This document shows positions 39,038-49,400 of a stretch of 64,000 nucleotides of DNA, piece after piece. Source of the DNA: Gammaproteobacteria bacterium (lineage in GTDB: Bacteria; Pseudomonadota; Gammaproteobacteria; Coxiellales; Coxiellaceae); contig JAPLRF010000033.1 in assembly GCA_026399315.1 (NCBI GenBank), positions 16,260-80,259 on the forward strand, in the 5' to 3' direction. The position numbers and the translations under genes were made by a program. Position 1 is the first letter of the stretch, and the number at the start of each line of letters is the position of its first letter. The notes under the pieces were generated by a model, which ran no database searches, was not told the DNA's origin, and worked only from the letters and a program-made list of their open reading frames with translations.

Positions 39038-39952
39038 TCAGCGCCCCCCTTTTTCAATAGGCGTGATAAAATCCACTGGCGCCACGAAGCGATATTTTTT
39101 ATTACCAAGCGTGAACGCCAGTTTTTCTGCGTGCAAAAACAAACGTTTGTCGTGATTTTTTTCAGCGAAATAGCGATTGAATTCCCAGTCGCCGTACTTA
39201 CCATCACCCACTAGCGGAAAACCAGCATCCGCTGCGTGTACGCGGATTTGATGGGTGCGACCGGTGATTAATTTTGCCCGTAACAAAGTGGTATTATGGA
39301 AAAATTTCAGGGGTTCGAAAATCGTTTCAGATGGCTTTCCATCAACATCAGAAACCACCACGCGCTCACCCGCCTGTAATTTATTTCTACTTAATGCGAG
39401 CTTGATATGCTTTTTCCCCAAATCCCAACGCCCCTTCACCAGCAACACATAATATTTTTCAATGCTGTGCGCTTTCTGCAATGTTTGCAGCGCCAATAAG
39501 GTCACGCGATTTTTTGACAACAACAAACAACCAGAGGTGTCTCGGTCAAGTCGATGAACCAACTCTAAATCTTTGATGTCTGGACGTATGAAACGAAAGG
39601 CTTCGATCAACCCACAGGCCACTTCACTGCCGCCATGCACCGCCAAGCCAGGCGGCTTGTTCAACGCAATGAGATTATCGTCTTCAAAAATAACCGATTT
39701 TTTCAAACAATCTTGCAGCCCTTTCGAAGGCTTCGTCACCGTTACTTCTGAAATACGCAAGGGCGGCAAACGCACCTGATCGCCTATCTTAAGTTTATAG
39801 ACCGCCTGAATTCGGCCTTTATTGACGCGAACCTCACCTTTGCGCAAGGCTTTATATATACGCGAGTGTGGAACGCCCTTGAGCGCCGTTGCTAAAAAGT
39901 TGTCAATGCGTTGGCCTGCATGAGATTCGTCGATTGTTACGATGGTTGCCAT
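39038..39952 (-). CDS. rluC: 23S rRNA pseudouridine synthase RluC (RluA family)
   Basis: An S4 domain (RIDNFL...SRIYKALRKGEVRVN) plus the HRLDRDTSGCLLL catalytic motif. It is divergent from rne, as in E. coli. Confidence 0.85.
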   Translation of the reverse strand: MATIVTIDESHAGQRIDNFLATALKGVPHSRIYKALRKGEVRVNKGRIQAVYKLKIGDQVRLPPLRISEVTVTKPSKGLQDCLKKSVIFEDDNLIALNKPPGLAVHGGSEVACGLIEAFRFIRPDIKDLELVHRLDRDTSGCLLLSKNRVTLLALQTLQKAHSIEKYYVLLVKGRWDLGKKHIKLALSRNKLQAGERVVVSDVDGKPSETIFEPLKFFHNTTLLRAKLITGRTHQIRVHAADAGFPLVGDGKYGDWEFNRYFAEKNHDKRLFLHAEKLAFTLGNKKYRFVAPVDFITPIEKGGR

Positions 39953-40102
39953 AAAGCGTCAGTTATCGGTTATCAGAGATTGGCTGTGATTGTATAGATT
40001 TTTTTCATAAAAACAATCTTAATCACCAATAAATTTAGGGGGCCCGCATTAAAATTTGAACAACTTTAACAATTAAGCGTAAGAAATAAAACAATAGGGA
40101 AT

Positions 40103-40242
40103 GATAAATTGGCTTTGGATGATTATTCAGAGGTGTTTTTGAAACACGCCGTAAACCCATCCATGGGGTCTCGTCATTGGCCGTCCGGGCCAATGACGGT
40201 TTCAAAAACACCTCTTTCATAATCATCCACGCCAAATTTATC
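40103..40242. repeat. 140-bp palindromic element, 'family F'
   Basis: ~43-bp inverted termini: GATAAATTGGCTTTGGATGATTATTCAGAGGTGTTTTTGAAAC versus its complement at the other end. The core ACGCCGTAAACCCATCCATGG...ATTGGC...GCCAAT is related to internal modules of the family E MITEs. Confidence 0.75.
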
Positions 40243-40379
40243 ATGCTTAATTTTAAATAAAATATGCTTAATTTTAAATAAAATCACTTTAATGCAAAGT
40301 TCACAACGCGCAATGAAGCAGTGAGTGTGTGCGAAGGTGGGGACTAAACGAACGGGAACAAAGCGATAACATTATAATT

Positions 40380-40505
40380 GTATCCGCTCCAAATTTTAAG
40401 GCGACGAAAATAGTATTGCACTAACTGAAAAGTGATCGGGGATCAGTGTCAGAATGCGAACACCGATGCCCGATGCCCGATGCCTGATCTCCGACCATCG
40501 ATCCT
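40380..40505. repeat. Family D element, partial copy D2
   Basis: GTATCCGCTCCAAATTTTAAGGCGACGAAAATAGTATTGCACTAACTGAAAAGTGATCGGGGATCAGTGTCAGAATGCGAACACCGATGCCCGATG. It is near-identical to 59578-59674. Its upstream flank (40338-40379) matches the inverted flank at 60008-60050. Confidence 0.7.
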
Positions 40506-40814
40506 TCTTGCGAAGCAATGCCAGGCTTGCTACTATCAGCAGGTTATTCACCCGCAATTTATAAAAAGCGGCTAAAAGACTGGCAACACTTTATAAAGAC
40601 ATGCCAAGACCATAAGCGTTGAATGCACAAATGTACGTCACGTCCGCCACGGATAAAACCAAATGCGCAGTGACATAAATTATTAATCGCGCTCACAAAG
40701 ACAGCGAAAAAACAGGTTGCGAATCTAGAATGAAACAATTTCGAACATATTCCACAAAAAAACCTAATATACGCGAGGCCTTGTTGAGCGTCTAACTTAA
40801 AATTAGGCGAAAAC

Positions 40815-43187
40815 ATGATAAAAAGAATGCTCATTAACGCAACGCACGGCGACGAACTGCGCGTAGCGATCACAGCGGATGCTGTGCTGGTTGATTTGGA
40901 CATCGAACACCCTGGTCAAGAACAAAAAAAATCGAACATTTACAAAGGCAGAATCACCAGCATTGAACCGAGTCTCGGCGCTGTGTTTGTGGATTATGGC
41001 AGCGAACGCCATGGTTTCTTGCCACTCAAAGAAATCTCCCCTGAATATTTTTTAACATCGGCTGACGGCCAAGCAGCGGAAACGATCGACATCAAGCGCG
41101 TTCTCAAAGAAGGCCAAGAAATTGTCGTTCAAATCGATAAAGAAGAACGTGGAAACAAGGGCGCTGCGCTCACTTCATTCATCGCTTTGGCGGGCTGTTA
41201 TTTGGTTTTGATGCCGAACAATCCCGACTCTGGCGGTATTTCGCGCCGTATCGAGGGCGATGACCGCGATCAACTCCGTGAAATCATCGAACAACTTCCC
41301 ATTCCTGAAGGCATGGGCATTATCATTCGAACCGCGGGCGTGAGTCGTTCTAAAGACGAATTGGAATGGGACTTGAAAGTATTGCTGCGTTACTGGGAAG
41401 CGATCAAACAAGCCGCTGTAGCAAGACCCGGCCCTTATTTGATTCACCAAGAAAGCGATGTGATTATCCGCGCGGTGCGTGACCATTTGCGCCAAGACAT
41501 CAGCGAAATCGTCGTTGATAACGAAGATGCTTACAATCGCGCAAAAGCATACATTCAACAAGTGCGCCCTGATTTTATCGAACATTTGAAATTATACACC
41601 GACTCAATGCCCATCTTCAGTCGCTTCTTAATTGAAAAACAAATTGAAGCAGCATACCAGCGCGAAGTGCGATTGCCTTCTGGTGGCGCAATTGTGATTG
41701 ACCATTCAGAAGCCTTGGTTGCGATCGACATCAATTCCGCACGTGCAACAAAAGGATCCAGCATCGAAGAAACCGCACTGCAAACCAATTTAGAAGCAGC
41801 TGACGAAATCGCAAAGCAACTCCGCATTCGCGATATCGGCGGATTGGTTGTGATCGACTTTATCGACATGACACCTGCTCGCAATCAGCGTGAAGTGGAA
41901 AATCGTTTGCGCAATGCTTTAAAAATGGATCGCGCACGCATTCAAATTGGCCGCATTTCTCGTTTTGGATTGCTGGAAATGTCGCGTCAACGCTTACGCG
42001 CATCATTAAGCGTTTCATCAGAAACTGTTTGCCCCCGCTGCGAAGGTCGCAGCACAATTCGCAGCGTAGAGTCTGTTGCCATTGCGCTCGTTCACTTGAT
42101 TCAAGAAAATGCATCGCGCAGCAATAATGCGCAAATTCAAGTTCAATTACCATTGGATATTGCTACTTTTGTGATGAATGAAAAACGTGACGCGATTAAA
42201 GAAATTGAAACACAATCCTCTGTGAAGGTTATCATCATCCCCAATGAACATTTAAAATCGCCGAATTTCCACATCAAAACCATTCGCGATGACAGCAATA
42301 AAAACATGCCGAGTTATAAGCAAGTGCGCGTGCCAAAACCAGAACTGATTGTCAGCAAATCAGCGACAACTGTAGCAGCGCCTGAACCTGCTATTCAACA
42401 ATACTTATCCAATGACATTCAGCCGCCCGCACCAAAACCACAAAGCAACGGGTTAATTAAACGCTTATGGGATGTGATGTTTGGTAGCGAAACACCCACA
42501 GTAAAAAAACCAGAAAGAAAATTTTCGAACGGAAAACGTCAACCTTCACAACGACAAGAACCTATTTTGCCGCGCGTGAGTGGCGACAGTCTTCGCGATG
42601 ATCGCGGAGGCCGTGCGCGAAACAACAACAAACCACGCAGACCACAACCACAACGTGATGGCGCAGCAGCACAACCCAGACGTGACGATCGTACCGGTGA
42701 CCGCAACAATCGCACGCGCGATAACCGTGATCGGAACGTAGATCATCGATTGCCTGCAAAACCCGCAGTCACTTCCCCTGTCAGTCCTGTTGAGAAGAGC
42801 AGCGCATCAGAAGTGCCTGTAACAGAAAATCTCAAGCCAATATTGCCGCCAGTAATTGAAAATCACAGCGCAGCACCAGAAAAGGTGATGGAAAAAGCGC
42901 TTGTGAATGAAAAACCGATTGCAAAAGCGCCTGAAAAACCAGCGGTAAAAGCAGTGGAAAAAGCCGTTGAGAAAGTGATTGTGGCTGAGAAACCTGTTGA
43001 AAAGGCAGTGATCGCTGAATCAGCACAGCCCGCTGCGATGATCCCTGCAGCAGCACAACCAGCAGTAGCAGTAGCACCACAACAACCCACAGCACCATCT
43101 GTTCCAGCTGCAGCTTATCAAAAGGATTACAAAGGATTGTCGTCAGGTAAAAAACCGTTACAACAAGTGACAACGAAAAAAGAATAA
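40815..43187 (+). CDS. rne: Ribonuclease E
   Basis: MKRMLINAT start, the S1 domain, the catalytic-domain motifs DINSARAT and GGLVVIDFIDM, and the CPRCEGRS Zn-link. The C-terminal half is low-complexity: Arg-rich, then EKAV/EKPV and Ala/Pro-rich. A long non-coding leader lies upstream. Confidence 0.9.
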   Translation: MIKRMLINATHGDELRVAITADAVLVDLDIEHPGQEQKKSNIYKGRITSIEPSLGAVFVDYGSERHGFLPLKEISPEYFLTSADGQAAETIDIKRVLKEGQEIVVQIDKEERGNKGAALTSFIALAGCYLVLMPNNPDSGGISRRIEGDDRDQLREIIEQLPIPEGMGIIIRTAGVSRSKDELEWDLKVLLRYWEAIKQAAVARPGPYLIHQESDVIIRAVRDHLRQDISEIVVDNEDAYNRAKAYIQQVRPDFIEHLKLYTDSMPIFSRFLIEKQIEAAYQREVRLPSGGAIVIDHSEALVAIDINSARATKGSSIEETALQTNLEAADEIAKQLRIRDIGGLVVIDFIDMTPARNQREVENRLRNALKMDRARIQIGRISRFGLLEMSRQRLRASLSVSSETVCPRCEGRSTIRSVESVAIALVHLIQENASRSNNAQIQVQLPLDIATFVMNEKRDAIKEIETQSSVKVIIIPNEHLKSPNFHIKTIRDDSNKNMPSYKQVRVPKPELIVSKSATTVAAPEPAIQQYLSNDIQPPAPKPQSNGLIKRLWDVMFGSETPTVKKPERKFSNGKRQPSQRQEPILPRVSGDSLRDDRGGRARNNNKPRRPQPQRDGAAAQPRRDDRTGDRNNRTRDNRDRNVDHRLPAKPAVTSPVSPVEKSSASEVPVTENLKPILPPVIENHSAAPEKVMEKALVNEKPIAKAPEKPAVKAVEKAVEKVIVAEKPVEKAVIAESAQPAAMIPAAAQPAVAVAPQQPTAPSVPAAAYQKDYKGLSSGKKPLQQVTTKKE

Positions 43188-43280
43188 GTAACCAGGATGT
43201 GAGGGCTATCGCCCTCACGCAAAACTCAGAGGCGAGCGTCGCGCAAAACTCAGAAGCGAGCGGCGGCAGCCCTCGCGCGA

Positions 43281-44288
43281 TTAAACAGCGCCATATCTCG
43301 GTTCTTTATTATTATGCAATGGCGTCTGTTTATCATCCGCCGAACCAGGACAACATTTTTTCACCCCAGCAAACAACGCTGCACCACCCGAATAAACCAC
43401 CGATCCTGTCGCAGATGCTCCTGAAGCAAAACCACGCCCTACCGCAGGCACTGCTTGAAATAAGAATTTATCCGCAATAACCGCCAACCAAATTTGCCCC
43501 GCAAAAACCAAAAATGCATTTTGGTAAAACGCATCTAAAGCGGATGCAAATTTATTGTCTTTTTGGAAATCTGGATAGCCTGCAAAAACACCATTTGTTA
43601 TTTGCAGTCCGTATGCCACAAGGAAAAACATCACCGCTTCTCTGCGTGTGAGTGATTTAAACTTTAAATAAGGCACATGCACCAATAAATTATTTTTTTC
43701 ATGCGCAGGTAATTTATTAAAAGGGATTTTAGATCCTAATAAACGCGCATTATATTTAACGCAATCGTTACTCCCTTGTGGTTGATCAATTTTTAATTGC
43801 GAAGCAGAACGTATAATATATTCCAACCCCGTCAAAAATAAAGACACCATGATATTAAAAACAGGAAATAAGGCCTTTTCATGAGCGCCTAAAAAACCAA
43901 ACATGTTTAGCATGAATTTAGAAATACTTTGAAGACCAATCGCACTGAAAAAAGCCATCGCGGTTTCAGGGAATGAGCCGTTCATAAAAATATGGCCTAG
44001 GGCGCGATCCGCTGTAGCAGCGCCTACGCCAACAACCAAGCTGCGCGCTGATTTAAGCACAATCCAATTAGGACTAATTTCCGTCTGGAGCGCATTTGAT
44101 ATCGACCCCTTACCATTATCGGTTGCCATCGATTCAGCGGAAGCATCGGATCCACCTGCTTCAACGCGATTGACTTCATCTTGTTGCGCTATTTTCCATT
44201 GCTTGTCTTTTTCAGCTTGTTCAGCTGCTTCGACCTTAGTGATAATATCTTCGCGTACTGTGTATCCTGGATTAAAATACTCTCTCAT
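43281..44288 (-). CDS. Orphan integral membrane protein (335 aa)
   Basis: ORF with an acidic N-terminal ~70 aa followed by multiple hydrophobic helices. No recognisable family. Confidence 0.5.
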   Translation of the reverse strand: MREYFNPGYTVREDIITKVEAAEQAEKDKQWKIAQQDEVNRVEAGGSDASAESMATDNGKGSISNALQTEISPNWIVLKSARSLVVGVGAATADRALGHIFMNGSFPETAMAFFSAIGLQSISKFMLNMFGFLGAHEKALFPVFNIMVSLFLTGLEYIIRSASQLKIDQPQGSNDCVKYNARLLGSKIPFNKLPAHEKNNLLVHVPYLKFKSLTRREAVMFFLVAYGLQITNGVFAGYPDFQKDNKFASALDAFYQNAFLVFAGQIWLAVIADKFLFQAVPAVGRGFASGASATGSVVYSGGAALFAGVKKCCPGSADDKQTPLHNNKEPRYGAV

Positions 44289-44401
44289 AAAATCACCTAC
44301 CCAATATTAAATTGAAAAAATCCTGGTTTAATTCTCCTGACTTTTTTAGAATTCCACTTGCTAACGCTCGGGGCTCTGAGGCTCGATCATTCCATTCGAA
44401 T

Positions 44402-45166
44402 TTAAATCTGCGCTCTGACACGATCCATGTCAGCTTGCGTATCGACACCGGCAGGCACCGCAATATCAGTGATACCGACGTGCATTTTATAACCATTCCA
44501 TAAAATGCGCAATTGTTCCAGCATCTCTATTTTTTCAATAGGGCAAGAAGGCCAGTTGGTGTACGTTTCAAGAAATCCAGCACGATAAGCGTACACACCA
44601 ATATGGCGTAAATAAGCGTCCGTTAATTTTAATTTTTTCAAATCAAGTGTTTTTAAATCGGGAAATTGTTCGCGATCCCAAGGAATCGGCGCGCGTGAAA
44701 AATAAATCGCATAATGACGGTGGTTCAAAACAACCTTCACAATATTTGGATCAAATAATTCTTCTGCGTGTGTTAATTTTGTTGCGAGCGTTGCGGCTTT
44801 GACGTGATCATGTTCCGCTAAATTTTCCGCTAATTGAAAAATCAATTTTGGCGACATTAAGGGTTCATCCGCCTGTAAGCAAACGACAATATCATCTTCA
44901 TCCAACGCCAATGTGCTCACCGCTTCAGCAATTCTTTCTGTACCTGAAAGATGTGAACTTTCCGTCATACACACTGTCGCACCAAAGTCACTTGCCACTT
45001 TAGCTATCGCGTCATTGTCTGTTGCAACAACAATGGTCGATGCGCCCGATTGCAATGCGTTTTCATACACGTGTTGTAACATCGGTTTTCCGCCGATATC
45101 CATCAATACTTTTCCAGGCAAACGAGATGAGTTTAAACGGGCGGGAATGATAACGGTGAAGTCCAT
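44402..45166 (-). CDS. kdsB: 3-deoxy-manno-octulosonate cytidylyltransferase
   Basis: VIIPARLNSSRLPGK, ATD and NLQADEP-like motifs. 254 aa. Confidence 0.9.
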   Translation of the reverse strand: MDFTVIIPARLNSSRLPGKVLMDIGGKPMLQHVYENALQSGASTIVVATDNDAIAKVASDFGATVCMTESSHLSGTERIAEAVSTLALDEDDIVVCLQADEPLMSPKLIFQLAENLAEHDHVKAATLATKLTHAEELFDPNIVKVVLNHRHYAIYFSRAPIPWDREQFPDLKTLDLKKLKLTDAYLRHIGVYAYRAGFLETYTNWPSCPIEKIEMLEQLRILWNGYKMHVGITDIAVPAGVDTQADMDRVRAQI

Positions 45167-45203
45167 AAAAGGTTTCCATATATTTAGGGTGGGTTGTTAG
45201 AAA

Positions 45204-45377
45204 TCAGAGATCAGTTGATAAATCACGCGCCTCATCAGGCAACATAACCGGCACATGATTGCGAATGGGGTAAGCCAACTTATCAAAACGGCAAATTAAT
45301 TCTTGCGCGCTGTGATCATACAATAATTTTCCTTTGCATAAAGGGCAAACTAAAATATCAAGCAGGGTATGGTTCAT
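45204..45377 (-). CDS. ycaR: Trm112/YcaR-family small protein (UPF0434), 57 aa
   Basis: Not in the ORF track because it is under 60 aa. My translation is [57 protein letters not shown]. It has the conserved L.ILVCP.CKG.L ... YPI..GIPVML.DEAR pattern and sits immediately upstream of kdsB, as in E. coli. Confidence 0.75.
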   Translation of the reverse strand: MNHTLLDILVCPLCKGKLLYDHSAQELICRFDKLAYPIRNHVPVMLPDEARDLSTDL

Positions 45378-45438
45378 AAAATATCATCGTAAAAATTTTG
45401 GCAACGGTAGCACTCTTAAATTGTAAGCGCAATAAATT

Positions 45439-46146
45439 TTAATGTGATTGAGTAGATTGCGGACGCAACTGCTGCGTTGCAATGCAACCAATTAATTTCA
45501 GGTATATTTCTTCCGCTTGATCCTTAACATAAATAGGATCAATTACTTTATCGGTCAGCAATGTACACACTTCAGATAAGTTAGAAACACTTTTTTGTTT
45601 CACATTCGTATCCTCATCATCAGAACAAGAATCGCTTGCCGCATTTGAAACAAGAAAAGCCTCAATCAAAGTCGCCACTATGCGTGTTTTTAATGATGCG
45701 CGCCCCAGCCCCAATGAATGACCCGCGATCGCCCACCCGCCAATTTCTAGTTTATCGAATGACAGAAAAAAGGTTTTGGCATTCTCAGACGTGATTTGCG
45801 ATGATTTTTCTCGAAATTGTTCGGCGCTATTGGAAAGCGCTTGATGGGTGGTTGCCGCAAAAAAAGAACGCCCCCAATAAAGCGCTGTTGAGGCAGCATC
45901 CTGAAGTGGCGATTCTGTTGTGGGCGGGGCTACCGGTTTTCCCAATCGATTGACCGCATCGTCGCGCTCCTTTTCATACACATCAATGGCTTTATTGATT
46001 ACCACAGACAACCGACTCGCATTTTTGGGGTCGACAATCCATTCCGCTAATAATGAGGATAATTTTGAAATGGCCAATGCAATTTGTTCGCGTGTAACGG
46101 GTGTTGCTTTAGCAGAAAAGAGTGATGACAGCATTTTATTTCCCAT
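45439..46146 (-). CDS. Hypothetical 235-aa protein
   Basis: ORF only. A good sigma70-like promoter lies upstream. The second ATG (46134) has a better GGGAAA spacing. Confidence 0.5.
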   Translation of the reverse strand: MGNKMLSSLFSAKATPVTREQIALAISKLSSLLAEWIVDPKNASRLSVVINKAIDVYEKERDDAVNRLGKPVAPPTTESPLQDAASTALYWGRSFFAATTHQALSNSAEQFREKSSQITSENAKTFFLSFDKLEIGGWAIAGHSLGLGRASLKTRIVATLIEAFLVSNAASDSCSDDEDTNVKQKSVSNLSEVCTLLTDKVIDPIYVKDQAEEIYLKLIGCIATQQLRPQSTQSH

Positions 46147-46175
46147 TAATTCATAACAAAAAGAGTGTTTTACCG

Positions 46176-46204
46176 ATCATAACGCGTGCTTTGCTTATTT
46201 GCAA
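46176..46204 (-). promoter_or_regulatory. Sigma70-type promoter TTGCAA-N17-TATGAT
   Basis: The minus strand reads TTGCAAATAAGCAAAGCACGCGTTATGAT, ~30 nt upstream of the 46146 ATG. Confidence 0.4.
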
Positions 46205-46326
46205 AACTGATTGAAAATTCCAGGACACCCACATTAAAATTTAAAAAAACAGTATTGTTGACGTTCACATTGGATTTTAACAGTGTCAATGAAAATGCGA
46301 ACCTCAAGCAATGAACGATCAAAAGC

Positions 46327-46404
46327 GGTGGGCTAATGCACCAGGGTTGTGCATTGCTAGAATCGCGTGAGGGCTACCGCCCCCACTTCTGATAGTTCAT
46401 CGCT
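46327..46404. repeat. Family B palindromic repeat, left copy, flanking the 1,281-aa gene
   Basis: GGTGGGCTAATGCACCAGGGTTGTGCATTGCTAGAATCGCGTGAGGGCTACCGCCCCCACTTCTGATAGTTCATC. Its reverse complement, with ~6 mismatches over 75 nt, is at 50477-50551. Confidence 0.85.
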
Positions 46405-49400
46405 AAATTGACATTTTCATTGGTAATGACTGTAGTTTATCAACAGGGGAATAGCGACACCTTTGAGAAGATCTACTGCCTTGTTCCCTGAAAAATCCAG
46501 CGTAATGAGGACTACCCTTTGATGCAGAATCGTCTCGAAATGATGTATTTAAATGAGGAGTATCATCGCCTTCCACATTATTCGAATGTGATGGTTTTTC
46601 TGCTGGATCACCATTCGAATCAACCGGACTAACAGCAGAAGAAACGGACCCGTGTTCTGCACTACGCGGCGATGTCATTTGATATGTTCGCACAATTCCG
46701 AGCGCTACTGGATTTTTCCCCGTTAATAATTCGCAAACAGCTGATGTAGCAGGAAGTAAATCACCACTTTCATTCACAGCAGCAAACACAGCGCGAAATG
46801 CAGTGCGAATATTATTTTCAGAAATCGAGTCCTTACCAAGCTTCTTACTTATATCGTCGTTAAATTTATTTCGAGGTTCATTAATTGGTTTTTCTTCTTT
46901 GTCACTTTTATTTTTTGGATATAGCGTTTGCAAAACGAATGAAGTGATATCAGTATGTTCTACAAACCCCTTAGCCATAAAATTTCCACATATACTTCTT
47001 AATGCAGTAACCAATGTCGATTGATCTTTGCCTTCCTTGTTTCCGATATTGAGCTTGTCATATTCCACTAAAACAGCTTCAAGCACAAACAAGTAATCCT
47101 TAACATCAACAGTCCGCACTACTTTCTCGTGCGTGGTTGCATCATAAAATGGCGCATTTGATGTTGCTCGCGGTCTAGCTGTGTTAGGACTGTTTGCATT
47201 TCCCAACTCATCACGTTGTGCTTGCTCAAGTTTTTCGATTTCTGCACAAGCCTCATCTGTTTTTTCACACACTTCTTCTGCCAATTTTTGCGTTGGTGAT
47301 AATCGATTGAAATCAAATTCGCAGCCCGCCAATGCGTTAACAAATGCTTTGCGTTGATCTATAGATTCCTTCGTATTATTAGATTCCTTCGTATTATTTT
47401 CTACTAACCTAAACGCTTCAAAAAACGCGCCATTACCTGACAAATCAGCGCTCGCGCCCTCACTGGATTTGCATGCCGATAATTCTTTGCGGAATAATCG
47501 TTGCAATGAGGCCAACATAATAGAATCACGTTTTTCGTGAAGGGTGATTCTTTCCTCATCCATTTTTTTGTCAATCATTTCCACTTCATCGCGAAACAAT
47601 GTTTTCAAAATAGTTAGGGTAATATTGCTATCACCGTTAATATTTTTATTAAACGATTTTAAACGCAGTAAGGGAACAGATCGCGTCAAACTTCCTTTGA
47701 ATTTCGCTAAATTATCAATAACTTTTTGAAGTGAAGCAAGATGATTACCTTGAATTGAAATAGCACTTGCAGCGCTAAGAATATGCTCCGATAGAACATC
47801 ATCATTATCATGCGCAAAAGAATCACTTTCTTTCTTAACTTGAGGCATCACCAACCTCACTTCCGCCATCGATGCGCGCCACAAGGGCACATTATCTGGG
47901 CGTTTGGTGCTGGCAGCGCGGGTTTTCCCTACAACCCAGCGCGCAAAACGCGTAAATCCAGAAACAACAGGTGCCTCGGCATCACTGCCTGTTGCGCGCA
48001 TAACCGCAACCACCGGAGTTGATACTGCGTAAGTCGCAAGACGAAATGGCCATGTTATTATTGCACGCAAGCCATCGATCACGCCTGCCGCATTATTATA
48101 ACCAGAATATTTATCCCATACTCGCAAAGTAGTGTGGTCCGCATCGAAAAAACGCATTGCTGCATGAATCGGCACGCCGATCACCAAACCAAAACAAGCA
48201 TGCACTAAACGAAAGACGCCGCCCACTAAAGTTTCTGTCATTTCTTTTGCAAGCTGCCATCCGCGACTTGTTTGCGGTATTGTTTTTTTCTGTTCGCGTT
48301 GCACTGAGTTACCTTGCGTTTTTAATTTTTCAATACGCGCAAAAAATTTATTTTCGTCTTCACTGCTGATTTTGATTTCAGGATTCGCTGATTTTAAAAA
48401 ATGATACAGCGGCAATAATTGATCGAATAAAATGGTGGCAGGTTTAATGGACGCCGTCATTTCATCAAATATTTTCCAATTGCCTTCTGAGCTTTGTTCA
48501 TGCATTTTTAAAATCATCACATGGCCCATGGCGTAAAATGCCGCTGTTCCTGAAACAGGATCACGTCGACCCATATTTTCAAACACGCCTGAAATAGCGC
48601 TGGCAATATGATAAATGGTTGCAAATATACTTGAACGCAAAAATAAGGGACCTTGTTTGTGGTCGGGTTTAGCAAGAATGGGATTTAATTTATTTTCTGC
48701 AAGCATCAAATCCGTCAAATCCGTCAAATCCGATAATTTTATTTCATTTTTAGTTTCTAATGGATTAAGTTTAGAGCACAGTTCTCGCGTTTGCATTATT
48801 TCTGATAGCTTGAAAAACGGAGATAAATGTTTCTGTAAATGATCATTGTTGACAGTGAGTTTTTTATAATTTTCATCTAGTGCTGACAATAAAGCATGCA
48901 AAATAATATTTGCACGTAATTTTGTTTTTTTATTGTTATCATAAGTAGCATATGAATCATTAATTTCTTGTTCAACCTTATTGCAAAAAGCAGCGTAATA
49001 ACCTGCATCATCCAAAATCGGTTTCCCCTCCTGACCAATCGATTTCAATATTTTCCGTGCAACATCTTTCGCTTCTTCTTCTAGCGCAGAATCAGGCGTC
49101 ATATCATAGGCTTTCGTCACATTGCGGGGTTTCAAATCATCTTTCACTGCAAAAAACGCTTTTCCAATCGCAGCGCCACATAAGGGAAGCAGTAACGCGA
49201 GACCGACTGTAAGATTAACCACTGTATTTACGGTATAAACAACACCGCGCGCAAAGAATTTGCCAATGCGTTTTACATGCCCATCAGCTCTATTCGCACG
49301 TAGCATGCTGGGTAATGGGTCTGGTAATTGCCACACACTGATGCCAACGCTTGGTTTGATATTTTCCACCTGCGCTTTAAATTCTTTTTTATTAGCATCC

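Noticed and set aside
40035-41012. ORFs 40035-40244, 40559-40903 and 40803-41012 (-)
   Set aside because: The first lies in palindromic element F. The other two lie in the rne leader or antisense to the rne start. None has coding-like features.
41175-42153. Three minus-strand ORFs (41175-41585, 41555-41884, 41860-42153), and those at 42546-43218
   Set aside because: They are antisense to the rne catalytic domain or its low-complexity C-terminal region. The latter give Val/Leu/Cys or Ala/Gly homopolymer-like translations.
43199-43480. 93-aa plus-strand ORF after rne
   Set aside because: It starts inside the GC-rich repeat downstream of rne and runs antisense into the 335-aa membrane protein gene.
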